In this document: positions 1 to 9,279 of the stretch, one piece after another
Layout of the letters: every line of letters begins with the position of its first letter
Numbering within the stretch: position 1 is the first letter of the stretch
Assembly (NCBI GenBank): GCA_040756235.1
Contig: JBFLZG010000137.1
Coordinates: 21,493-85,492 of the forward strand
DNA length: 64,000 nucleotides
Direction: 5' to 3'
Source: a bacterium
GTDB lineage: Bacteria > Desulfobacterota > DSWW01
Notes under the pieces: model-generated
Seen by the model: only the letters and a program-made list of their open reading frames with translations
Told to the model about the DNA's origin: nothing
Databases searched by the model: none
Position numbers and translations under genes: made by a program

Positions 1-654
1 TGCTTCGCGAACGAGATCGGCCGATTCTGCAAGAAGCTGGGGATCGACAGCCATGAGATCATGGACATCCTTTGCCGGGACACCAAGCTGAACCTGTCCG
101 CTTCCTACCTGAAACCGGGATTCGCCTTCGGCGGCTCGTGCCTTCCGAAAGACCTGCGCGCGCTCCTGCAGAGGGCGAGACAGCTCGATCTGGAGCTGCC
201 GGTCCTGGCGGCCCTCCTGCCGAGCAACGAGCTGCAGGTCCGGGAAGCTTTCGCGCTCGTGGAAAGGACGGGGAAGAGAAAGATCGGCGTGCTCGGGATG
301 AGCTTCAAGCCGGGCACCGACGATCTGCGTGAGAGCCCCATGGTCGAGCTGATCGAAAAGCTCATCGGCAAGGGTTACGAAATCGCCATTTACGACCGCG
401 AAGTCTCGCTGGCAAGGCTCGTCGGTGCCAACAAGAAATACATCGAGCTCGCCATCCCGCACATCGCATCGCTCATGAAAAGCTCCCTGAGCGAGGTGCT
501 GGAACACGGCGAGGTCATCGTCATCGGGAACAGAACCACGGAGATCGACAACGCCGCCGGTCGACTCGATCCGGGCAAGATCATTCTCGACCTGGTGCGA
601 GCTCCGGACGTGATGAGGCGCAAGGATGTCTTCTACCAGGGATTGTGCTGGTAA
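1..654 (+). CDS. algD: GDP-mannose 6-dehydrogenase (AlgD-type nucleotide-sugar dehydrogenase), C-terminal ~217 aa; 5' end outside window
   Basis: Frame 1 is open from nt 1 (CFANEIGRFCKKLGIDSHEIM...) into the listed 61..654 ORF. KPGFAFGGSCLPKDLRAL, GMSFKPGTDDLRESP, LIGKGYEIAIYDR, GANKKYIE..IPHI and the terminal GLCW follow the C-terminal half of Pseudomonas AlgD almost position for position (recalled, not searched). Confidence 0.85.
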   Translation, partial: CFANEIGRFCKKLGIDSHEIMDILCRDTKLNLSASYLKPGFAFGGSCLPKDLRALLQRARQLDLELPVLAALLPSNELQVREAFALVERTGKRKIGVLGMSFKPGTDDLRESPMVELIEKLIGKGYEIAIYDREVSLARLVGANKKYIELAIPHIASLMKSSLSEVLEHGEVIVIGNRTTEIDNAAGRLDPGKIILDLVRAPDVMRRKDVFYQGLCW

Positions 655-1915
655 GATCCTGATGCTGGCAGAAAGCGACTTCCCCCTGGACGGCAGGGTC
701 CGGAACGAGGCCCTCACCCTGTCACGGGAGGGGTACAAGGTAACGGTGATCTGCGGGAGGTCCAAGGGCCAGATGGCGAGGGAGGTGTTCCGCGGCATCG
801 AGGTCTACCGCGTGCCGCGCCTCTCGGTGTTCGACAAGGTCCCCGGGCTGCGTGCGCGGTCGTGGGGCAGGGCCCTGCACCTGGCGCTGGCCGCGGCCGG
901 ATATGTCGTGGAACATGCCTATTTTCCCGCGGTCTGCCTGCTGCTGTCTCCCTACATCCTGCTGCGGCAGGGATTCGACGTCATTCACGCGCACAATCCC
1001 CCGGACACGCTCTTCGTCGTGGGAGCCTTCTACCGGCTGTTCGGGAAGAAGTTCGTTTTCGATCATCACGACCTCTCTCCCGAGCTCTTCCTCTCCCGGT
1101 TCTCGGCCCGGGACGGGGTGTTGTATCGCGCCCTTCTGCTGCTCGAGAGGCTCTGCGTGGGCAGCGCGAACGCCTGCATCGCGACCAACGAGTCCTATCG
1201 GGAGATCGAGATCGCGCGCGCCAACAAGGACCCGAACGATGTCTTCGTCGTGCGCAACGGGCCCGATCTCGATGCGCTCGAGCGGACTCCCGACGAGAGC
1301 CTGCGGCCGCCCGGCAAGAAACTCCTCGTCTACGTGGGGGTCATGAATCCCCAGGACGGCCTGGAGTATCTGCTGCGGGCCATGCGCTGCCTCGTGGTCG
1401 AGCTGGGCAGAAGCGATTTCCGCTGCGTCCTCGTCGGCACGGGCGATTCGCTCGCTCGTCTGCGGGATCTGTCGGCGGAGCTCGGCCTGGCCGACTGTGT
1501 GCAGTTCACCGGCTTCATCCCCCGCGAGGAGGTGATGCGCTATCTCGCGACCGCGGACATCTGTCTGGACCCGGACCCTTCGAGCCCCCTCAACGACGTC
1601 TCCACGTGGATCAAGATCATGGAATACATGTCGTTCGGAAAACCGATCGTCAGCTTCGACTTGAAGGAGACGCGGGTTTCCGCGGGGGGCGCGGCAGTGT
1701 ACGTCGAGCCGAATGACGAGAAGGCCTTCGCCCGGGCCATCGCCTCCCTGATGGACGACCCGGAGCGGCGCCGTGCCATGGGCGCCTTGGGAGCCCGCAG
1801 GGTCGAACAAGAGCTCGCGTGGCAGCATGTCTCGCGCAACCTGATCCGCGCGTACCGGTCGATCCTCCCGGCAGGAAGGGCGCGGCGCGCCGACCCGAAA
1901 CCCTCGCCCTCGTGA
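626..1915 (+). CDS. glycosyltransferase family 4 (GT-B fold)
   Basis: 429-aa ORF. N-terminus ILMLAESDFPLDGRVRNEALTLSREGYKVTVI and C-terminal KIMEYMSFGKPIVSFD (E-x7-E-like) are typical of GT4. The start is ATG 626 (29-nt overlap with algD) or in-frame ATG 662. Confidence 0.8.
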   Translation: MSSTRDCAGKILMLAESDFPLDGRVRNEALTLSREGYKVTVICGRSKGQMAREVFRGIEVYRVPRLSVFDKVPGLRARSWGRALHLALAAAGYVVEHAYFPAVCLLLSPYILLRQGFDVIHAHNPPDTLFVVGAFYRLFGKKFVFDHHDLSPELFLSRFSARDGVLYRALLLLERLCVGSANACIATNESYREIEIARANKDPNDVFVVRNGPDLDALERTPDESLRPPGKKLLVYVGVMNPQDGLEYLLRAMRCLVVELGRSDFRCVLVGTGDSLARLRDLSAELGLADCVQFTGFIPREEVMRYLATADICLDPDPSSPLNDVSTWIKIMEYMSFGKPIVSFDLKETRVSAGGAAVYVEPNDEKAFARAIASLMDDPERRRAMGALGARRVEQELAWQHVSRNLIRAYRSILPAGRARRADPKPSPS

Positions 1916-1920
1916 GCGTG

Positions 1921-3327
1921 ATGGACCGAGCTGTCTTCTTCTGGCCGCTTATTGCGGCCGTGGCGGCCGTGATCGCCGCATCCTCGCTCCGCACGGCCGC
2001 CTACATCACCATCGGCTCGATTTTCTTCCCCCTCTACGTCGGCGCCCTGGGAAGAGACGTCGTCACCAGCACGACCCTCTTCATCCTGATCGTGTACGGG
2101 AAACACTTCATCCGATCCTATAACCGGCCGCGATCGGCCCTGGACGTCTTTGTCTTCCTGCTGCTCCTGTCCGGGACTGTCTCGGCCGTCCTCTCGGTGG
2201 TTTCCGTGTACCCGGACGTGTTCCGCATGGGCTACTCGGTCCGGCATTATCTCGGCTTCGCCAGTGCGATTCTGCTCTTTCTCCTGCTCGAGGACAGCGG
2301 CCGCGCCGCGCACGAGCCCGCGGCTGCGAGTCGCGGGCCGCGGGTGAACACGGTCCTCAGCCTGGTGCTCATCCTCACCGCGGTGCACGTCGTGATCTCC
2401 ATCGGGGTCAAGTACGTGCCGTCTCTCGGCAGCGCCTTCGCGCTGTTCGTCCCCAAAGGAGAGGTGTTCGACATACCGGGCAGGGGCTCGATCGAACGCA
2501 TGGGGAGCTTCGCACTGGGCGGTGCCGAGAACTACGGCGAGCTGCTGGCGGTGCTCGCGCCCATCGTGGTGTACAAGATGTTCTCGGGAAGGCTGTGGTG
2601 GGGCCTTTGTCTCATGCTCTTCGCCCTGGGGGAGATCTTCAGCGTCACCCGGTCCGGGATCCTGCTGATGGCGGCCGGCACGTTCATCGCGATCCTGGTT
2701 CACGGGAGGAGCAACGCCATGCGTTTTGCCGGCCTGGCGTACGTCCTGACCGGAGCGCTCCTCGGCCTCGTCTTCCTGCTTCCGGGCGTCGTGGGCGACA
2801 TGACGGAACGTTTCGGATTGGCCCTGCAGACCTACGACTCCACCGGCGACTTCTTCGAGGCGATCAACCGGGCCGAGCTCCCGCGGCGGTGGGAGGATCT
2901 GTGTTCCGAGCTTTCCCTGTTCGGCCGCGGCTTTGTCCCCACCCCCTTCGGCCACGGACCGGTTCATTTCCACAACCTGGTGCTCACCACCCTGTACCGC
3001 CTGGGAGCAGTCGGGTGTTTCCTGTTCCTGCTCGTGGCCGCCTGGCCGGCAGGCCGGCTGATGCGCCGGCTCGCGGCCGGCAGGCGGATGCATGCGCCTC
3101 TGGCCTTCTCGTGTCTGCTCTCCATGGCGCTCCTGGGCGTGAACGAAATGAAGTTCGAGTTCACCCGGGAGGCCCCCTACCAGCAGCTGATCTGGGCGCT
3201 CCTGGGAGTCTTCGCCAGCATCGGGCAGACGGAAGCTGCTTCGCTTCCGACCGGGGAGGATTCCGAGGGTGCACGGCCCGACGCTGCGGACCGGGCCGGG
3301 GCAGCGGCCGGCGCAGCGCCCGGGTGA
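1921..3327 (+). CDS. O-antigen polymerase/ligase-like (Wzy-type) polytopic membrane protein
   Basis: Start trimmed to ATG 1921 (MDRAVFFWPLIAAV...), just after the GT stop at 1915. There are about 10-12 hydrophobic segments with one large loop. The assignment rests on architecture plus Wzx/Wzy locus context, not on a strict motif. Confidence 0.6.
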   Translation: MDRAVFFWPLIAAVAAVIAASSLRTAAYITIGSIFFPLYVGALGRDVVTSTTLFILIVYGKHFIRSYNRPRSALDVFVFLLLLSGTVSAVLSVVSVYPDVFRMGYSVRHYLGFASAILLFLLLEDSGRAAHEPAAASRGPRVNTVLSLVLILTAVHVVISIGVKYVPSLGSAFALFVPKGEVFDIPGRGSIERMGSFALGGAENYGELLAVLAPIVVYKMFSGRLWWGLCLMLFALGEIFSVTRSGILLMAAGTFIAILVHGRSNAMRFAGLAYVLTGALLGLVFLLPGVVGDMTERFGLALQTYDSTGDFFEAINRAELPRRWEDLCSELSLFGRGFVPTPFGHGPVHFHNLVLTTLYRLGAVGCFLFLLVAAWPAGRLMRRLAAGRRMHAPLAFSCLLSMALLGVNEMKFEFTREAPYQQLIWALLGVFASIGQTEAASLPTGEDSEGARPDAADRAGAAAGAAPG

Positions 3328-3330
3328 GAC

Positions 3331-4272
3331 ATGGTGAGCTACGTCTACATCTGCTCGGCCAGGTACTCCGGAAGCACGCTCCTGGACCTGCTCATCGGAG
3401 CGCACTCCAGGGCGGCCTCGCTGGGCGAGATCTCTCATCTGCCCAAGAACCTGGCGTTGAACACGCCCTGTACGTGCGGAGCCGGGGTGCGGGCGTGCCC
3501 GCTGTGGACGCAGGTGGCGCGCCGGCTGAGCTCGAGTCTGGGGCGCGACCTCCTCGCCCATCCCTACGCCCTGGATCTGGGATACGTCAGCGCCAGGGTC
3601 GTGGTCGACCGGCACAGGCAGACACAGATATACGAGCTGCGCAGGACCGCGGCCCACGCCCTCTGGTTCCTGGAGCTCCGATCCGGCTTGCGGCGGCACG
3701 GGCCTTCGCTGATCCCGGCCGTGCGGCATGCCGTCGCCAACAACTGGCTCGTCTATGACGCGGTTCGGGAGATCCTCGACGTGGATCTGGTCGTGGACTC
3801 GACCAAGCACTACCTGAAGGCGGTGGAGCTCTACAAGGCCAGGCCCGGGCCGTTCCGCATCGTGCTGTTGACCCGCGACGGGCGCGGCGTGCTGCAATCC
3901 GGCCTCAAGAGAGGGGATGAGATCGAGCCGTCGATCCGCGGCTGGAAGAACCACTACCGCCGGGCGCTGCCGCTCATCGCGCGACACGTTCGCCCGGACC
4001 ACGTGCTGCGCCTGAAGTATGAGGAGCTGGCGGCTGCGCCTGCCCGGGTGCTCGAGCGCATCTGCTCCTTCCTGGGGGTCGCGTACGAGCCTTCCATGCT
4101 GAGCTTCACGGCCAAGACCCAGCACATGACCAACGGGAACGAGATGCGGTTCCGCAAGCAGCCCGACATTCGAGCCGATGAATCGTGGCGGACCGAGCTC
4201 ACGAAATCGCAGCTCGAACGATTCGACGAGCTCGCCGGAGAGCTGAACCGGGAGCTCGGATACCGGGAGTGA
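3331..4272 (+). CDS. PAPS-dependent sulfotransferase family protein
   Basis: N-terminal P-loop-like ICSARYSGSTLLDLLIG, central IVLLTRDGRGV and C-terminal LKYEELAAAPARVLERICSFLGV match the 5'-PSB / 3'-PB layout of bacterial sulfotransferases. Confidence 0.7.
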   Translation: MVSYVYICSARYSGSTLLDLLIGAHSRAASLGEISHLPKNLALNTPCTCGAGVRACPLWTQVARRLSSSLGRDLLAHPYALDLGYVSARVVVDRHRQTQIYELRRTAAHALWFLELRSGLRRHGPSLIPAVRHAVANNWLVYDAVREILDVDLVVDSTKHYLKAVELYKARPGPFRIVLLTRDGRGVLQSGLKRGDEIEPSIRGWKNHYRRALPLIARHVRPDHVLRLKYEELAAAPARVLERICSFLGVAYEPSMLSFTAKTQHMTNGNEMRFRKQPDIRADESWRTELTKSQLERFDELAGELNRELGYRE

Positions 4273-4274
4273 GC

Positions 4275-5078
4275 ATGACCGCAAAGCCGGCTGCGGAAAT
4301 CACGCGCTGGAAGGATTTTGCCGCCCGGGTGCGCTCCACCGGCCAGCCGCTGCTGCGCAGGCTGGAGGAGTTCCCGAGCTCGATCCTGGTGACCGGGTGC
4401 CAGAGGTCCGGGACCACGATGGTTGCGAGGCTGATCACGAACAGCGACGGCATGACCCGGTACTGGTTCGGCCCCGACGATGAGCTGGACGCGGCGTTGA
4501 TCCTTTCCGGCCGGGTGCCGCACCAGCCGAAGGGGCGCTACTGCTTCCAGACCACCTACTTGAACGAGCGCTATTACGAGTACTTCGACATGTCCGACTC
4601 TCACAAGGTCATATGGATCCTGCGCAACCCGTTCTCGGTCGTGCGCTCCATGCTCCATAACTGGAAGGACTTTGCCCTCAACGAGCTGTTCGATGCCTGC
4701 GGCACGCCCTACCTCACGCCCGGGGAATACCGTCGCTATCGGTGGCTGGGGGTGCACGGCGTCAGCCGGCTCGTCAGGGCTTGCTGCGCCTTCCAGGGAA
4801 AGGTCTCTCAGCTTTTCGAGCTGCGCGCCAGGCTGCCTGCCGGAAATCTCCTGATCCTGGAATACGAAGACCTCGTGCGCGAGAGAGAGGCGACACTGGC
4901 AGCGCTTTATCGCTTCGTGGACCTGCCGTTCCGGCCCGAGTACGGCGCCGAGGTGCGATCGAGCAGCATCGGTCTTGCAAAGCGCCTGTCCAGACGGGAG
5001 CGGGCCGCCATAGCAGACCGCTGCCAAGGGATTTACGAGCAGGCGCTGCCGTTTCGATGGAGGCCGCAAGGACCTTGA
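4275..5078 (+). CDS. PAPS-dependent sulfotransferase family protein (second copy)
   Basis: Start trimmed to ATG 4275, 3 nt after the previous stop. Motifs are ILVTGCQRSGTTMVARLI (5'-PSB loop), VIWILRNPFSVVRSM (3'-PB) and LEYEDLVREREATLAALYRFVDLPF. Confidence 0.7.
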   Translation: MTAKPAAEITRWKDFAARVRSTGQPLLRRLEEFPSSILVTGCQRSGTTMVARLITNSDGMTRYWFGPDDELDAALILSGRVPHQPKGRYCFQTTYLNERYYEYFDMSDSHKVIWILRNPFSVVRSMLHNWKDFALNELFDACGTPYLTPGEYRRYRWLGVHGVSRLVRACCAFQGKVSQLFELRARLPAGNLLILEYEDLVREREATLAALYRFVDLPFRPEYGAEVRSSSIGLAKRLSRRERAAIADRCQGIYEQALPFRWRPQGP

Positions 5079-6274
5079 ACTTCCTGTTCGTCTCCAGAGA
5101 CGAGTACCCGCCCTACCGCGTGGACGTCGCCGTGCTCTTCGGCGAGGAGATGGTGGCGCGGGGCCACCGGATCGAGTGGATCCTCCAATCCGGAAGCCCG
5201 GCGGAGCGCGCCTACCGGACGGTCTGGCGGTCCTGCCGGGTGTGGGTGGGAGCTGCGGACTACGGCAAGTCGGCGGCCCGCAGGTTGCGGCGGGTCTTGC
5301 TCGGGATCGCCAACGATCTGCGGGTGTTGCGCCTCGTCCGCAGGGGCCGCTACGACTTCATCCAGGTCAAGGACAAGTTCGTTTCGGCCTTGCCGGCCCT
5401 GGTCGCGGCGCGGGCCACCGGCACCCGGTTCTTCTACTGGTTGTCCTATCCCTTCCCGGAGGAAGATCTGCTTGCCGTGAGGGAGGGCGCGGCGCGCTAT
5501 CCCCGCTACCGGCTGGCTCGCGGCATGGTGAGGAAAGCGCTCCTTTACAGGCTCCTGCTGCCGGCGGCGGCCCATGTGTTCGTGCAGAGCGAACAGATGA
5601 AGAGCGACGTCGCCGCGCACGGCATACCCGCGACCAAGATCACCCCGGTTCCGATGGGGGTCCGGGCGGTGCCGTCCGCGCTTCCGCAGAGCGGAGAGGG
5701 CCCTGACGGTCCTCCCATCGTGCTGTATCTGGGCAGCCTCGATCGGATCCGCAGATTGGACTTCCTGCTGCGCGCCTTCCGCAGCGTCCTGGCGCGGGCG
5801 CCGGAGGCCAGGCTCCACCTGGTCGGGGGCGGGAGCGAGCCCGAGGACGAGGCTTTTCTCAGAGCCGAAGCGCGGCGCCTGGAGATTGCGGAGGCGGTCG
5901 ACTTCAAGGGCTTCGTTCCCATGGAGGAGGCGTGGTCCCATGTGCGGCGGGCCGCGGTGTGCGTTTCGCCGTTCCACCCTACGCCGATCCTCAATTCCAC
6001 GTCCCCGACCAAGATGATCGAATACATGGCCATGGGAAAACCGGTGGTGGCCAACGACCACCCGGAGCAACAGCTCGTGCTCGGCCGGAGCGGCGGCGGC
6101 CTGTGCGTGCGGTACGACGAACAGTCCTTTGCCGACGCCATCCTGGAGCTGCTCAACGACCGGGAGAAGGCGGCGGAGATGGGGCGCAGGGGCCGCTTCT
6201 GGGTGGAGCGCTACAGGACCTACAAGGTGATCGCGGATCGGGTCGAAGAGGTCTACTTGAATGCGTGCCGGTGA
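5057..6274 (+). CDS. glycosyltransferase family 4
   Basis: Start trimmed to ATG 5057 (MEAARTLNFLFVSRDEYPPYRVDV...), overlapping the sulfotransferase end by 22 nt. The C-terminal half carries GFVPMEEAW...VCVSP and PTKMIEYMAMGKPVVAND (E-x7-E). Confidence 0.8.
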   Translation: MEAARTLNFLFVSRDEYPPYRVDVAVLFGEEMVARGHRIEWILQSGSPAERAYRTVWRSCRVWVGAADYGKSAARRLRRVLLGIANDLRVLRLVRRGRYDFIQVKDKFVSALPALVAARATGTRFFYWLSYPFPEEDLLAVREGAARYPRYRLARGMVRKALLYRLLLPAAAHVFVQSEQMKSDVAAHGIPATKITPVPMGVRAVPSALPQSGEGPDGPPIVLYLGSLDRIRRLDFLLRAFRSVLARAPEARLHLVGGGSEPEDEAFLRAEARRLEIAEAVDFKGFVPMEEAWSHVRRAAVCVSPFHPTPILNSTSPTKMIEYMAMGKPVVANDHPEQQLVLGRSGGGLCVRYDEQSFADAILELLNDREKAAEMGRRGRFWVERYRTYKVIADRVEEVYLNACR

Positions 6275-6332
6275 GGGCACGGCCGAAGCCCGCGGCCAAG
6301 GAGATCCGGTGGGAAAGGACGCGGCAAGGCCG

Positions 6333-7631
6333 ATGGTCGTGGCGTATGTGCTGCTGCGGTTTCCCTACCTCACCGAGACCTTCATCGCCGACGAAGCGAG
6401 CGCCCTTCAGGGTCTGGGCGTGCCCATCCGCATCGTCTCGCTCCTCGGGCCGCGCCCGGGGCCGGTGCAGCCGCTCTCCAGGCGCCTGCAACGGGAAGCC
6501 TGGTATGCGCCGGGCTTGCTCTCTCCCGGGATCTGGCGGGCGCAGGCGCACTTCCTGAGAAAGTCGCCGCGCCTGTACCTCCGCCTCCTCCTCGACCTGT
6601 TGCGCTGCCCGTGCGCCGGCACGAGGCAAGCCCTCAAGCGGATCCTCATCTTCCTGAAGTCCGTTGCGGTCGCCTACAGGTTCCGGGCGGCCGGGATCTC
6701 GGTATTCCACAGCCACTTCGCCGGCCTGTCCGGCGCGGGCGCGGCGGTCTGCGCGCGCCTTCTCGGCCGGCCCTTCACCGTGACGGTGCACGCCTACGAT
6801 CTGTTCGTCCGGCAGGGCCTGCTGGGATACGTATTGGAGCGGGCCGCGCACGTCGTATGCGTGTCCCGCTACAACGCCGAGCGCATTCTCAGCCTGCGCC
6901 TGTGTGCAGGGGAAAGGGTCTCCGTCATCCGCTGCGGCCTGGATCTCTCTGAGTTCCCTTACCGCGGCCGCGCGGGCAGCGGCCGCGGGTCGAGGCAGGA
7001 CCCGATCCGGATCCTTTCGGTCGGATCCCTGATCGTGAAGAAAGGGCACAAACACCTGATCGATGCGTGCGGGCTGCTGCGCGATCGAGGGGTGTCCTTT
7101 GCGTGCAGCATCATCGGCGCGGGGCCGGAGGAGCGGAATCTCAGGAGGCAGGTCGGCTCTCACGGGCTGGAGAGCCGGGTCGCGCTCATGGGCGCGCGCA
7201 CGCGGCCCGAGGTCATCGAAGCGTATGCGCAGCACGATCTCTTCGTCCTCGCCTGCGTGGAGGCCGAAGACGGGGACAAGGACGGCATTCCCGTGGTCCT
7301 GATGGAGGCGGGCGCCACCGGTCTGCCGATGATCTCGACCGGCGTATCCGGGATCCCGGAGCTGATCGCCGACCGGCGCACCGGGCTGCTGGTCGCGCCC
7401 GGCGATCCGCTTCAGCTCGCGGACGCCGTCCTGAAGGTGGCCGGAGGCCCGGAGTTGGCGGAATCGCTGAGCCGCAGCGCGCGCAGACGGGTGGAGGAGG
7501 AGTTCGACATCCGCCGCAATGCAGCCTCTCTGAAGGAGGTATTCATCGGGGTGAGCGCGGAGGCGGGGGCGGCTGCAGACCGAGATCTTCCGGAAGACTT
7601 CCTCCGGCGAGCTGAAAGACCGTGCGCGTGA
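6333..7631 (+). CDS. glycosyltransferase family 4 (WcaL/colanic-acid-type)
   Basis: Start trimmed to ATG 6333 (MVVAYVLLRFPYLTETFIADE). Also KKGHKHLIDA and EDGDKDGIPVVLMEAGATGLPMISTGVSGIPELI (E-x7-E). The last ~30 codons overlap the convergent gene on the other strand. Confidence 0.8.
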   Translation: MVVAYVLLRFPYLTETFIADEASALQGLGVPIRIVSLLGPRPGPVQPLSRRLQREAWYAPGLLSPGIWRAQAHFLRKSPRLYLRLLLDLLRCPCAGTRQALKRILIFLKSVAVAYRFRAAGISVFHSHFAGLSGAGAAVCARLLGRPFTVTVHAYDLFVRQGLLGYVLERAAHVVCVSRYNAERILSLRLCAGERVSVIRCGLDLSEFPYRGRAGSGRGSRQDPIRILSVGSLIVKKGHKHLIDACGLLRDRGVSFACSIIGAGPEERNLRRQVGSHGLESRVALMGARTRPEVIEAYAQHDLFVLACVEAEDGDKDGIPVVLMEAGATGLPMISTGVSGIPELIADRRTGLLVAPGDPLQLADAVLKVAGGPELAESLSRSARRRVEEEFDIRRNAASLKEVFIGVSAEAGAAADRDLPEDFLRRAERPCA

Positions 7632-9069
7632 GGTCGACACCGCCCTTGCCGTCCACGCCTCCCTTGAAGGAGTAGCCGCTCTGGACCATCGCATCCGCAA
7701 TTCTCTCGTTCATGGGCCAAGGCCAGAGGGGCTCGCGGGTGAGCACTCCGTCCACGTACCGGTACTGGATCTGTGCTCCGACCGACCGCTCGGCCACGTG
7801 GGGCCGCAAATCCTCGGACAGACCGTGCTGCAGGACGTTCCTTCCGGGCCCGGTGATGCGGGGGTCGCGTACGGCGAAGTGGGCGGGGGCCGGGTCGGTG
7901 TAGTCGGCCGCGGCGTTGTCCCAGAAGAGCACGTAATCCAGGAGGGAACCCGGGTAGAGCCCGCGGCTGCGCGAGCCCATGACGATGGAGCTCTCGATCG
8001 GGCCGGTCTGGCCCGCGGCCAGCACTCCGGCCCCGGTGCTCCCATCACCCCCGCCGCCGATGCTGGTGAGATGGGACCCTGCGAACGACATCACCTGCAT
8101 GTTGAACGGGTTGACCCCGGGCTTCTCCGTGTAGGCGATGCAGTCGCGGATCAGGTAGCGCGTGCCCGGGTCGCAGTTGTTGTGATGGTAGAGCTGGTTC
8201 GGAGAGCCTCTCTGCCCCGACAGCTGGTAGGCGATGCAGCCCAGCAGGCGGTATCCGCCGTCCGCGAAGGTATCGTCGACGCCGAAGGCCCCGCTCTTGA
8301 TGACGGCGGACGGGGCGTCCGGGTATTCGTCCCAGGTGCTGATGCAATTCTCGACCAGGCTGCCGGTGGAGCGATACGACCAGGTGATTCCGATCGCATA
8401 GGTGTGGAGCGCATCGCCGTCGAGGTGGGTCCATCTGGCGAAGCACCTTCTGAAGGTGGTACGGGCATCTTGATGCCGGCCGAAGATCTTCCGCGCCGGT
8501 CCCCAGCCGGCGCAGTCCTCGATCAGGTTCCCGGCCGAATTGCCTACGAAGAAGATGTAGGAGTTGCGCTTGGCCGGCGCATCCCAGGCGCAGACGCGGC
8601 GGATGCGGTTGTGGTCGGAGCCCTGATCGATGTGCACGACCCCCCAGGAGCCGGAGCCGCCGGGCGGGCCCGCGCTGCAGGCGTTGATCCCTTCCACGAT
8701 GAAATAACCGTTGCCCCGGTCGAGTGCGACGGGCCTGCGCAGCATCTCCCCGTCGACCGTCACGCGGCCGTCGTGAAGGGCTGCGATCCGGATCAAGGCA
8801 TCGGCCCGGCCGCTCAGGCGCGCGGGCGGGCGGATCATCGCGCGCGCGCCGCGGTAGCGGCCGTCCGTCAGGTACAGCGTGTCTCCGGGGCCGGCGACGG
8901 CCCAGAAATCCGCAACCTCAAAAGGGGCGTCGGGAGAGCGGCCGTGGCCGCGGCCGTCGGGGGATGCGTAGAACGTGGCCGCCGTTGCGGGCCGCGGGAG
9001 CAGCAGGCCGGGGAGAAGCAGGACGGCGGCGAGGCGGACCGAAAGGAGCAAGGCGGGCCTCCGGATCAA
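7543..9069 (-). CDS. secreted right-handed parallel beta-helix protein (putative polysaccharide lyase/hydrolase/modifying enzyme)
   Basis: Signal peptide MIRRPALLLSVRLAAVLLLPGLLLPRPATA. The mature start FYASPDGRGHGRSPDAPFEVADFWAVAGPGDTLYLTDGRY is the classic opening of pectate-lyase-fold proteins. The 3' end overlaps the convergent GT gene by 89 nt. Confidence 0.6.
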   Translation of the reverse strand: MIRRPALLLSVRLAAVLLLPGLLLPRPATAATFYASPDGRGHGRSPDAPFEVADFWAVAGPGDTLYLTDGRYRGARAMIRPPARLSGRADALIRIAALHDGRVTVDGEMLRRPVALDRGNGYFIVEGINACSAGPPGGSGSWGVVHIDQGSDHNRIRRVCAWDAPAKRNSYIFFVGNSAGNLIEDCAGWGPARKIFGRHQDARTTFRRCFARWTHLDGDALHTYAIGITWSYRSTGSLVENCISTWDEYPDAPSAVIKSGAFGVDDTFADGGYRLLGCIAYQLSGQRGSPNQLYHHNNCDPGTRYLIRDCIAYTEKPGVNPFNMQVMSFAGSHLTSIGGGGDGSTGAGVLAAGQTGPIESSIVMGSRSRGLYPGSLLDYVLFWDNAAADYTDPAPAHFAVRDPRITGPGRNVLQHGLSEDLRPHVAERSVGAQIQYRYVDGVLTREPLWPWPMNERIADAMVQSGYSFKGGVDGKGGVDLTRTVFQLAGGSLPEDLGLQPPPPPRSPR

Positions 9070-9279
9070 GTGCCGGGCCTCCCGTCATCCTGCCCGGAGC
9101 GGATCGTGCAGGGTGGCAGAGAGTGGCGTGAGAGGCATGGCGCCTTTCGTATCAGAAGACGAAGCAGGGGTCAATGGCTCGGGGGCGCTCGAGAGGGTTC
9201 TGCGATGCCGCGTCACGCAGACGCCCGCGGTTGCGGAATCGTCCGTGCGCTGCTGCGCGCGATGCGGGATTGACGATCC

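Noticed and set aside
1540-4284. 914-aa ORF on the minus strand
   Set aside because: It is antisense to the Wzy-like and sulfotransferase genes, which have recognisable motifs. Its translation is R/G/P/A/H-rich low-complexity sequence with no family features. This is the typical shadow ORF of GC-rich DNA.
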